Shown in pieces: positions 56,479-63,849 of a stretch of DNA of 64,000 nucleotides. Every line of letters starts with the position of its first letter. Positions within the stretch are counted from its first letter, which is position 1. The stretch is taken from the IMG/VR virus record IMGVR_UViG_3300037069_002825, positions 1 through 64,000 of that record. The stretch is one strand, 5' to 3'. A program made the translations under genes and the position numbers. The notes under the pieces were generated by a model, which was not told where the DNA came from, ran no database searches, and saw only the letters and a program-made list of their open reading frames with translations. The DNA comes from a virus.

Positions 56479-56778
56479 GTGGTGGATAGACCCGAAGCAG
56501 TGAAGGTGCTGAGGACTCACGCGCAACGTCACTACGGTGAGCTTCGTTACGAGAAAATCACCCTAGTGCCGCTAATCAGGGGTGCGATCCTGGCGTCGAC
56601 GGACGAAACGGACGGAACGGAGTCTGGGTATGAGGTGGTGAACACGGCGATCGAAGCCCTTCTCGCGCCGGAGGGATCGGTGGCCGAGACGGGAAGCGAG
56701 CTGTTCATAGGCCGCGATGGCACCCTGTCGAAACTGGGGTCACCCGAGGCGGCTGGCCCACTGGCCGACGCTCAATAG
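56479..56778 (+). CDS. Hypothetical protein
   Basis: SD GGAGG. Confidence 0.5.
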   Translation: MVDRPEAVKVLRTHAQRHYGELRYEKITLVPLIRGAILASTDETDGTESGYEVVNTAIEALLAPEGSVAETGSELFIGRDGTLSKLGSPEAAGPLADAQ

Positions 56779-56781
56779 CTG

Positions 56782-57159
56782 ATGACCCGCGAGATTACGG
56801 TTACGTTCGGTGACGCGGGAGAGCCCACGGTCTACGTTGGCGGCGTCCGGCACCACTCGGTGGTCGACGTGATCTACCTTGAGCATGGGGCTCTTGAGGT
56901 CGGGAAGATCACCGTGGACCTGACGAGACCCGTGCGTCCGACGGTCGAGGAGCGCATGGCGGCGGCAACGCGCCGCCGCGAGCTGGAGCAGCGCATCAGG
57001 GCATATCCGGGAATCGCGACCGAGGCGCTGTTCGTCAACCTCGACTGCCGCACCTATCCAGGCGAGCACCCCAGGGGCGAAATGCTCGTGGATCTCGCGG
57101 AGTTGCATCGAGAAGGCAAGATCAAACGCGACGACGAGCAGAAATGGACCGTGATATAG
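56782..57159 (+). CDS. Hypothetical protein
   Basis: ORF, codon bias. Confidence 0.5.
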   Translation: MTREITVTFGDAGEPTVYVGGVRHHSVVDVIYLEHGALEVGKITVDLTRPVRPTVEERMAAATRRRELEQRIRAYPGIATEALFVNLDCRTYPGEHPRGEMLVDLAELHREGKIKRDDEQKWTVI

Positions 57160-57166
57160 TCGCGCC

Positions 57167-58282
57167 ATGGCCTCGATTGCCGGCAATGTAAGCGCTCTCT
57201 CTGCCGCCACGGCGCTCAACCCCGATGGTTCAGCGGTCATCAGCCTGACGGGGTCGGACGTTGCCCAGCAGCTTCGCTTCACGTCTAGCGAGGTTGTCAA
57301 CATCAGGGCCTCTCTCACCCCGCCATCGTCGATTCCCTTCGAACCGGGGATGAACACTGGAACGGAACCTGAGGACTTCCTTTGCCTCGCCAGGGAGGGT
57401 GTCAAGTTCGTCCGCGTCGAGATCAAAGCTGTGGACATATTTACGGCGCCGCCGACCACGTTGTCTCGCGCTAGCCTGGTCGTGGCGGCCTCCACCATCA
57501 TCGAAGAGTTCGCGGCGCAGGGTATTCGGGTGCAGCTCCTCGTGGGCGCCCACGGTTCGATGGTCTCACCCGAACACATGGCCGCGCTCGGTGACATCGC
57601 CAAGCGGTTCGGTCCCCACAGTGGCTTCCGCCTTCCGATCCGGCGGATCGAGCTGATGAACGAGACGAGCATGGGCTACCAGTACAACGACGGTCACGAA
57701 TCGGCGTCGTACAAGCTGCGCGCTCGCACCTACGCCGAACGCGCCAAGGAAGGCGCGCTCGCGATGCTCCCCTACGGCGTCGGGGCCATCGTGCAGGCCG
57801 AGGACGGCGGTTCCGGTTCCAGCGTCTGGGTCGACGAAATGTTCTCCGCCGTGCCGGATCTCGCTAGTCACGCCGGCGGCTGGGTGATCCACGCCTACCC
57901 GTCGCAGGGCAAACCGGGTGTCGTCGACACCGGCGGCGCACCGAAGCTGGAGCGGATGATCGCCGACCTCGCTGCGCACGGTGATCACACTATTCCGATC
58001 GAAATCACCGAGTGGGGCTTTTGCTCCAACAACGGAGAGGTACTCAACAACGGCCAGCACTTCACCTGGGCGGAAGCGGCGGTGATGGCCAAAGAACACC
58101 TCGCAGAAATCAAGGGCATCTGCGGGCCGCGTCTGCGTTCGTTTATGGTGTATCAGGTGCGCGACCAGGCGCCGAGTGTCCCGGCCAGCGCGGACCATGA
58201 ACGCTACTTCGGTGTGCTCGGCCACGAAGGGCAGCCTAAGGGTGCCTACACCGAAGCCATCGAGCACATCCTCGCCAGCTGA
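57167..58282 (+). CDS. Glycoside hydrolase, clan GH-A TIM barrel
   Basis: ELMNE acid/base, H.Y, ITEWG nucleophile, FG.L.....PK. Confidence 0.75.
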   Translation: MASIAGNVSALSAATALNPDGSAVISLTGSDVAQQLRFTSSEVVNIRASLTPPSSIPFEPGMNTGTEPEDFLCLAREGVKFVRVEIKAVDIFTAPPTTLSRASLVVAASTIIEEFAAQGIRVQLLVGAHGSMVSPEHMAALGDIAKRFGPHSGFRLPIRRIELMNETSMGYQYNDGHESASYKLRARTYAERAKEGALAMLPYGVGAIVQAEDGGSGSSVWVDEMFSAVPDLASHAGGWVIHAYPSQGKPGVVDTGGAPKLERMIADLAAHGDHTIPIEITEWGFCSNNGEVLNNGQHFTWAEAAVMAKEHLAEIKGICGPRLRSFMVYQVRDQAPSVPASADHERYFGVLGHEGQPKGAYTEAIEHILAS

Positions 58283-58349
58283 CGATTCACCCGCAGTTTG
58301 CGTGGTGATCACAGCGGGACGCGCCTCGGTTAGTGTAGGGTCATGCCAC

Positions 58350-58523
58350 ATGGACGACCCCGATGCTCCGCTGTTCGACACACCAAAGCTCGACAGGGAC
58401 GAAGGGATGTCGCTTGAGCCGACGTTCACGCCGATGTGGCTTGCGTCACTGGCGTTGGTCCTGGCCCTCGTGGCGTTCATCGTGGGGAGTCTGGCGCTGT
58501 TCATCGCCGTAGGGCCCCGCTGA
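58350..58523 (+). CDS. Small single-pass membrane protein
   Basis: Hydrophobic C-terminal helix; TGATG overlap. Confidence 0.45.
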   Translation: MDDPDAPLFDTPKLDRDEGMSLEPTFTPMWLASLALVLALVAFIVGSLALFIAVGPR

Positions 58524-59050
58524 TGCTCGCGACGCGGCCGCCCGACCTCCTTCATCGGCTCTATCCGCTCAAGCGTGAACTGAACGAATATGCCGACAAA
58601 TATGTCAATCAGGGGCCCGACGGTGAAATGGGTGCCGACTGGGTGGTCTTCGGCTCCTTCGTCTTGCTCCTCCACGGCCTGCGCGAGGGTATCGGCGATG
58701 TCGACGTGTTCGTGGCGCCCAGTCTCTGGGTCGCACTGTCCGGCACGCTGAACTGGCGCCTTCAGCTACCCAATCGTAAGGACCCTCCCCTCCTCGAACG
58801 CCTCGTCGGCGGGGTCCGCGTCCACGCTTTCTACGCTTGGACGACCAGCGAACCCGTCGTGACAGCCGAGGAGGCGCGCGAGCAAGCCGAGGTCGTCGGG
58901 GTGGGCGTCGATGCGTGGCCGTGCGTCCCCCTCTCGCTCATTCGCAGACACAAGATCGCCTCCCGGGAGTACAACCCCGGCAGTGTCGGTCACAACAAGC
59001 ACCGAGCCGACATCGCGGCAATCGACGGCTACCTCGGGGGTCAAGCGTGA
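58523..59050 (+). CDS. Minimal nucleotidyltransferase-fold protein
   Basis: hFGS..L..HG.....D.D motif; C-terminal K....K...D. Confidence 0.65.
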   Translation: MLATRPPDLLHRLYPLKRELNEYADKYVNQGPDGEMGADWVVFGSFVLLLHGLREGIGDVDVFVAPSLWVALSGTLNWRLQLPNRKDPPLLERLVGGVRVHAFYAWTTSEPVVTAEEAREQAEVVGVGVDAWPCVPLSLIRRHKIASREYNPGSVGHNKHRADIAAIDGYLGGQA

Positions 59051-59490
59051 TCGAGGTCTGGACCGACGGCGCCTGTTCGCAGAACCCGGGACCGGGCGGC
59101 TGGGCGTTTGTCATCCAGTCAGCCGAGGGGACAACGGAGGGCTCGGGCGGACACGTGTCTACCACAAACAACCGCATGGAGCTAATGGCTGCGATCCAGG
59201 GCCTCGCCGAACTTCCCGACGAGAGCGGCCCGATCGAGGTGGTGTCCGACTCGGTCTATGTCGTCGAAGGCGCGCGGGTGTGGATGCACAAGTGGAAGGC
59301 CAGGGGTTGGCGCAGGGCTGGCGGACCCCTGATCAACGTGGACCTCTGGAAGTTGCTCCACGCCCAGGTCGAGCGACTGTCACCGACCTTCCGCTGGGTA
59401 AAGGGGCACGCCGGCCACGCGCTCAACGAGCGCTGTGACGGGCTGGCGGTTGCAGCCGCCCTTCGGGCTACGAGGAAGTTCTCAACCTGA
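59047..59490 (+). CDS. rnhA: Ribonuclease HI
   Basis: TDGACS.NPGPGGW, TTNNRMEL.A, SDS.YV, N.DLW, WVKGHAG...NE.CD.LA. Confidence 0.95.
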   Translation: MIEVWTDGACSQNPGPGGWAFVIQSAEGTTEGSGGHVSTTNNRMELMAAIQGLAELPDESGPIEVVSDSVYVVEGARVWMHKWKARGWRRAGGPLINVDLWKLLHAQVERLSPTFRWVKGHAGHALNERCDGLAVAAALRATRKFST

Positions 59491-59626
59491 CACTCGTCGC
59501 CCCGAGGTGAGCAAAAGTGGGGTCTCGGGAAACTCCCTTCTTCCTGCGTCTCCGCAATTAATCATAGCTCTTCGACTCGCTAGCGCTCGCCGCGCCGCCT
59601 ACGGCTGGTAAGAAAACATAATCACC

Positions 59627-59890
59627 GTGTCAAATGTCCGCAACGAGCAGGTGAAACGCGATGTGCTCGCCTACGTCAGCTGGGTTTGGAGTCTCCAGGC
59701 GCGTGAGCGCGAACGCAACGATCCGGCGATCGACTGGCAGTCCGACATGAGCTGGGACGAGATAATGGCTTGCACCGGATGGGAGGGTCGGAACCTGATC
59801 TCGGCGATGACGCTGGCGCCGGGCGACCTCACCGGCAGTTCCGAGATCAACGCGCAGCTCTACTGGCCCGACACACCGCCGCAGCGGTAG
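59627..59890 (+). CDS. Hypothetical protein
   Basis: ORF, CATAAT upstream. Confidence 0.5.
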   Translation: MSNVRNEQVKRDVLAYVSWVWSLQARERERNDPAIDWQSDMSWDEIMACTGWEGRNLISAMTLAPGDLTGSSEINAQLYWPDTPPQR

Positions 59891-59902
59891 ATATGTAATG
59901 AT

Positions 59903-60074
59903 CCCCAAATCGGTGCGGTCGGCCACTGATGTGCACATGGGAACCCACAAGCCGACAGCGCGAGCGAACCTTCCTGCGACCCCCACGCCACGGGCACGTG
60001 CGGGAATCCCGGTAGGTCGGTGTGGCGCCGACCCCCGGGCTCTCGCGTCCACTGCCCCTCAGTGAGTGTTGGGG
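59903..60074 (+). ncRNA. Candidate multibranch structured RNA
   Basis: Seven nested helices with G-U pairs on the + strand. Confidence 0.55.
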
Positions 60075-60089
60075 CCGGGGCGTCGAAGG

Positions 60090-60118
60090 TTGCGCCCCGC
60101 AAAGCTTCCCGTTATGAT
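60090..60118 (+). promoter_or_regulatory. Promoter TTGCGC-N17-TATGAT for the tRNA-like RNA
   Basis: 17-nt spacer; predicted +1 coincides with the acceptor-stem 5' end. Confidence 0.65.
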
Positions 60119-60124
60119 GCGTGG

Positions 60125-60287
60125 GCGCCCCTAGCTCAGTTAGCCCAGCCGCTTGAGCTAAGCACCAACGTAGTGCTTAGCGAGGTGAAAGAGCACCCGT
60201 GGACGAAACGGGAGGTCGTCGGTGGTGACCAAGGCCTCGATTGGATCGATCTGGGCGGCGGAAACCAGGGCCAGCCGGCGGGGCGCA
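60125..60287 (+). ncRNA. tRNA-scaffold RNA with expanded D- and T-loops
   Basis: 7/4/5/5-bp stems with canonical spacers (TA, A, AGGTC); D-loop 53 nt, T-loop 52 nt. Confidence 0.8.
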
Positions 60288-60300
60288 CTCGAAGTGTTGT

Positions 60301-60678
60301 ATGATCCCACACGTGGATATTTATGACACCTACTCGGAGGTGCAGCGGCGGAAGGATAGGCCGATCTGGGAGGGCGAGGGCCCTTCCCGTGAGATGATCG
60401 AGAAGATCAGCGCGACGTTTCGCGCACAGGTGGGTCGCGAGATCGCCTCGGCCGAGCTAAAGACGACCCTGGACGGCATGGGCTGGCTGATGAGAATGGC
60501 CGCCGAGGAGGACGTCCCGCTGGAGGCTCTGATGCAGATCGCCGAAGACATCGAAAGTAAAGCGCGGGCCAACATCGCGCGGACCTCGATCGGGGTTCAC
60601 GACCAACTGTCAGTAGGCGTGGGCGCGGGCTTCTTCACTGGCCTGTGGGTCGGCATCCTATTCGAGCGGGAACGATGA
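60301..60678 (+). CDS. Hypothetical protein
   Basis: ORF, codon bias. Confidence 0.55.
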   Translation: MIPHVDIYDTYSEVQRRKDRPIWEGEGPSREMIEKISATFRAQVGREIASAELKTTLDGMGWLMRMAAEEDVPLEALMQIAEDIESKARANIARTSIGVHDQLSVGVGAGFFTGLWVGILFERER

Positions 60679-60914
60679 CCCAGCTCCGCTACAAGCAGTA
60701 CACCCGCGACGCGCTGCTACGCGAACTGGAACGGCATGCCGACTGGGACACGACGGGCGGCTACGCGCTGGCAATCCAACATTCGCGCACTACAACCCGC
60801 AGATATCTCGACCAGCTCGTCAGGGAGGGACGCGTCGAGGTATGGAAGATAACCCATTGCGGTCGAGCCCCGGGACCGGGGTCGTCGATGCACCTCTACC
60901 GGATAAAGATATGA
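60675..60914 (+). CDS. Winged-HTH protein
   Basis: TT...A......TTRRYL.QL..EG.V. Confidence 0.55.
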   Translation: MTQLRYKQYTRDALLRELERHADWDTTGGYALAIQHSRTTTRRYLDQLVREGRVEVWKITHCGRAPGPGSSMHLYRIKI

Positions 60915-61030
60915 GCTGCATCGCCCTCTGCCTGCTGGTGGCCCTCGTAGGCGTCTGGTCACCCGGCGCCTACGTCGCACGCTCTGACGACCGGGCGGCG
61001 CGTCGGATGATGCGCTGCTATCGCCGCCGC

Positions 61031-61213
61031 TCACGTAGACGCTGGTAGCCACGCCTCACCAGCGTGAAGCTGGCGCTCCTGCGGTGTCGCCGGCAGGCAT
61101 GCGGCCTCGTTGGCCTTGCGTAGGGCATCCTCGCCACCCTCGGCCATGATCTCGACGTTCTTCACCCAGGTATCGTCGGGGTCGTACATGGCCGCCTTCC
61201 ACAGCTTCCTCAC
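61031..61213 (-). CDS. Small hypothetical protein
   Basis: GTGA overlap. Confidence 0.45.
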   Translation of the reverse strand: MRKLWKAAMYDPDDTWVKNVEIMAEGGEDALRKANEAACLPATPQERQLHAGEAWLPAST

Positions 61214-61449
61214 GTGACACCCATCGCCTCGTGGGCTTCGGCCTCAACCCGGGCCTCAGCCTCGGCTTCGGCCCGCGCCTGCACTCGGTAGTGGTTGGCG
61301 AGATCCTCCACCTCGGGGTAGAGCGAGCGCAGGTGGGCCTCGTAGTCATCCACTGCCGTTTGCAGCAGGATCGTCTTGCCACAGTGTGCGCACATCTCCT
61401 CGCCGGGGAGATTGATGCGTTCGCACCGGCAGAGCTGCGTGGGCGTCAT
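61210..61449 (-). CDS. Small Cys-containing protein
   Basis: CxC...CxxC. Confidence 0.5.
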   Translation of the reverse strand: MTPTQLCRCERINLPGEEMCAHCGKTILLQTAVDDYEAHLRSLYPEVEDLANHYRVQARAEAEAEARVEAEAHEAMGVT

Positions 61450-61516
61450 GGTCGGGCCACCCTAACACGCTGTCGTGATGTTCTGTCCGAGCTGCATGGG
61501 ACTGTCTGACTACGTT

Positions 61517-61620
61517 GCCCATGTGGCGGAATTGGTAGACGCAGCCGGTCTAAACCCGGACAAAGCTCGAAGCCTCCTGGCGGCGGCGACGAGATGTGGG
61601 TTCGACTCCCACCGTGGGCA
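61517..61620 (+). tRNA. tRNA-Leu(TAA)-like, atypical (C33, 35-nt variable arm, no encoded CCA)
   Basis: GCCCATG/CGTGGGC acceptor stem, TGGCGGAATTGGTAGACGC D-arm, GTGGG-TTCGACT-CCCAC T-arm, discriminator A. Confidence 0.8.
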
Positions 61621-61707
61621 CCTTGTAGACTCTAGGGGATGAAAAGTCCGCGAATTGCGAGAACAAGGACCATGGTCTCGCGCATCTTCACGTAGGCTTC
61701 CTAGATC

Positions 61708-62232
61708 GTGCCGTCGCCGCCAGGAAAACTCCACGTTCGCGAGCGCATAGTGCTCCAGGCGCTCGCGCACTATCGCAGCACGCCACTGACTCCGGCCCAG
61801 GTCCAGCAGCGCGCCGAACGTGACAGCAGCGTGCTGCTGATGCGGCGGGCCGTGCACACTACGCTCGGCGGCCTCGTGCAGGGTGGCTTCGCCAACGCGC
61901 TGCGCTACAGCGAGGGCTATCGATACACCATCACCGAGGACGGTCGCCGCGAGGCTTCGATGATCACCCCAGATGAGGTCGAGCCCTCCTTCGCTCGGAT
62001 GGGGCTCGATCTACTGCTCGAACGATTCCCTACTCGCGACGTGGTGTCGATCGGCGATGGCAGCCGTTCTGGCGGCGTCTGGTTGGTCGTACGCTTCGCT
62101 GATGATGCGCGCTACGTGATCTGGCGGAACACGGGGCACATCTACGAGATGGACGATGATGGCGGTGTCGGTGACGACCCGGTGATCGAGAACCCCGCCT
62201 ACCAGTGCAACGATTGTTCAACCATAAGGTAA
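61708..62232 (+). CDS. Winged-helix protein with a second small domain
   Basis: L..LV..G.......Y.IT..GR motif. Confidence 0.55.
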   Translation: MPSPPGKLHVRERIVLQALAHYRSTPLTPAQVQQRAERDSSVLLMRRAVHTTLGGLVQGGFANALRYSEGYRYTITEDGRREASMITPDEVEPSFARMGLDLLLERFPTRDVVSIGDGSRSGGVWLVVRFADDARYVIWRNTGHIYEMDDDGGVGDDPVIENPAYQCNDCSTIR

Positions 62233-62233
62233 G

Positions 62234-63016
62234 GTGGGTAGAGCAGTGGATGAGGTAATCAGGGACAACAAACCCGGAGAGCGCTGGCACAGCGAGGGCG
62301 AGAGCTTCGAGCATTACGTTGAGCGCCAGTTCGTCTCCCTTCACGAAAGGCTGGACCGAATGGCCCCAGTAGAGCAGGAAATCGCCGCAGATGTGGACAC
62401 GCTTGCACAGGTGATCCCACAGCTCGCCACGGACATCGGTGACCTTCACACGACCGTCACCGAAAAGGAAACCAAGCTCACAGAAGCAATCGCCGCCAAG
62501 ACCGAAGATGACGCCGAGAAGGCCGCGCTGGAAGCGGAACTGAAAGCGATCCAGGGCCTGAAGCCGCAACTGGACTCGATCGTGCAGCAGGCGCAGAGCG
62601 TGGTGCAGCCGACGGGGGCGGGAGCGCCCGGCGCCGGAACATCTGCCGCAGCGCCGGGGGGGACGGTAGCGCCCGGCTTCGGAACATCCACCGCAGGTGC
62701 CGCACCGACTGGCCCGGGCACCAGTGCCGGGAGCAGTGTCGCGGCGGCGGCAGCTGGACCGGCCGCAGGGGAGAAGCCCAAATACACCTACCACGGTCCC
62801 GACGTGACCAAAGTCGATTCGGTCGTCTGGATCGAGACGACGCTGGTCGACTCGGCTGGCGAAAAGGTGTGGGAATTCGCGAGCGACACACCCGGAGGCG
62901 CCCCCACGGGCGCCGAGGCCGGCGTGTGGGAGGTTGCGAGCCCCCCCTTCACCGACACCGCCGCAGTACAGGGCTCGTCGGGCCAGGAGGCAGTCGCGCC
63001 GCCCGTCGCTGGGTAA
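62234..63016 (+). CDS. Coiled-coil plus low-complexity hypothetical protein (start may be 62360)
   Basis: ORF; GAAAGG before ATG 62360. Confidence 0.6.
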   Translation: MGRAVDEVIRDNKPGERWHSEGESFEHYVERQFVSLHERLDRMAPVEQEIAADVDTLAQVIPQLATDIGDLHTTVTEKETKLTEAIAAKTEDDAEKAALEAELKAIQGLKPQLDSIVQQAQSVVQPTGAGAPGAGTSAAAPGGTVAPGFGTSTAGAAPTGPGTSAGSSVAAAAAGPAAGEKPKYTYHGPDVTKVDSVVWIETTLVDSAGEKVWEFASDTPGGAPTGAEAGVWEVASPPFTDTAAVQGSSGQEAVAPPVAG

Positions 63017-63193
63017 GTAGTACAATCCCTCGCGTGGGGATGGTCGTAACGACGGGGCGCCGAGTCATTCTGGCGCCCCGTCGTATATTATGTCCGTAAC
63101 CGTCCAACAGTAGGGCGAAGCGCACTAAGCAAAACGCTTGTGTGATCCGGCCGCGACTAACGTTGCGTGCGACCCAAGTGAAAGGTCTAGGCT

Positions 63194-63637
63194 ATCCGCC
63201 TCCACCGCACACTCCTGGCCGTAATGACGTTGATCCTCCCGTCTCACCATCACAAACCAGTCCATCACCAGCGGTGCCGCACGGAAGCCTGTCACCAGCG
63301 TACAGACGCACGGTGGGGGCGCGAACATCACTGGCATGCACCCGCACCGCCGTTTCATGTCACCGAATTCGACTACTGCGTCGCCAATCGCGAGCAGGGC
63401 GAACCCGGCTCCGTCGATCCGGCCCTCATCCACTGGGACGCCCAGCAGGGAATCTACGGAGGCGCCTACTCGATGGAAGGAAGTAAATGGGAAGACGGCG
63501 GTGGCAAGGAATACGCTGCCAATCCATGGGAAGCGAGCGCAGTCGAGCAGACGCGGGTCTTCGAGCGATTGCGCCGTCGAGAACCCGGGGCCTGGCAAGA
63601 AACTCTGCCGCTGTGCCTGGATCGCGCTGGGGCGTAG
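63194..63637 (+). CDS. Rpf-like (lysozyme-fold) lytic transglycosylase, possibly secreted, possible ATC start
   Basis: C.A.RE.G...Y.G.Y......W...GG..YA.....AS..EQ......L......W....C; GAAAGG 8 nt before ATC gives signal-like MRLHRTLLAVMTLILPS. Confidence 0.65.
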   Translation: MRLHRTLLAVMTLILPSHHHKPVHHQRCRTEACHQRTDARWGREHHWHAPAPPFHVTEFDYCVANREQGEPGSVDPALIHWDAQQGIYGGAYSMEGSKWEDGGGKEYAANPWEASAVEQTRVFERLRRREPGAWQETLPLCLDRAGA

Positions 63638-63849
63638 AATTGAAGCGTGCGTTGGGTCTTAACTGATGGGACCTGTTGGCGAGCTGCGCGGTGGATCGCG
63701 TTCCGGCCGACGATGGCGGCACTACTAGCTCGTAAGGGCCGCCAGCGCACCCGGCCTGCGCGCGCTCCCATCCCTGCCGTGAGGTGGGAGCGCGACGCCG
63801 GGATTCAGCTACGATCCGCATAATTCCCACGAGAAAGAGGAGCGAGAAA

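Noticed and set aside
60185-60217. Hammerhead ribozyme suggested by GGAC-GAAAC...GTC
   Set aside because: No CUGANGA core and no proper stem II; the tRNA cloverleaf explains these bases much better
61517-61620. tRNA as attL/attR marking a prophage boundary
   Set aside because: No duplicate of its 3' end seen elsewhere, and phage-like genes continue on both sides
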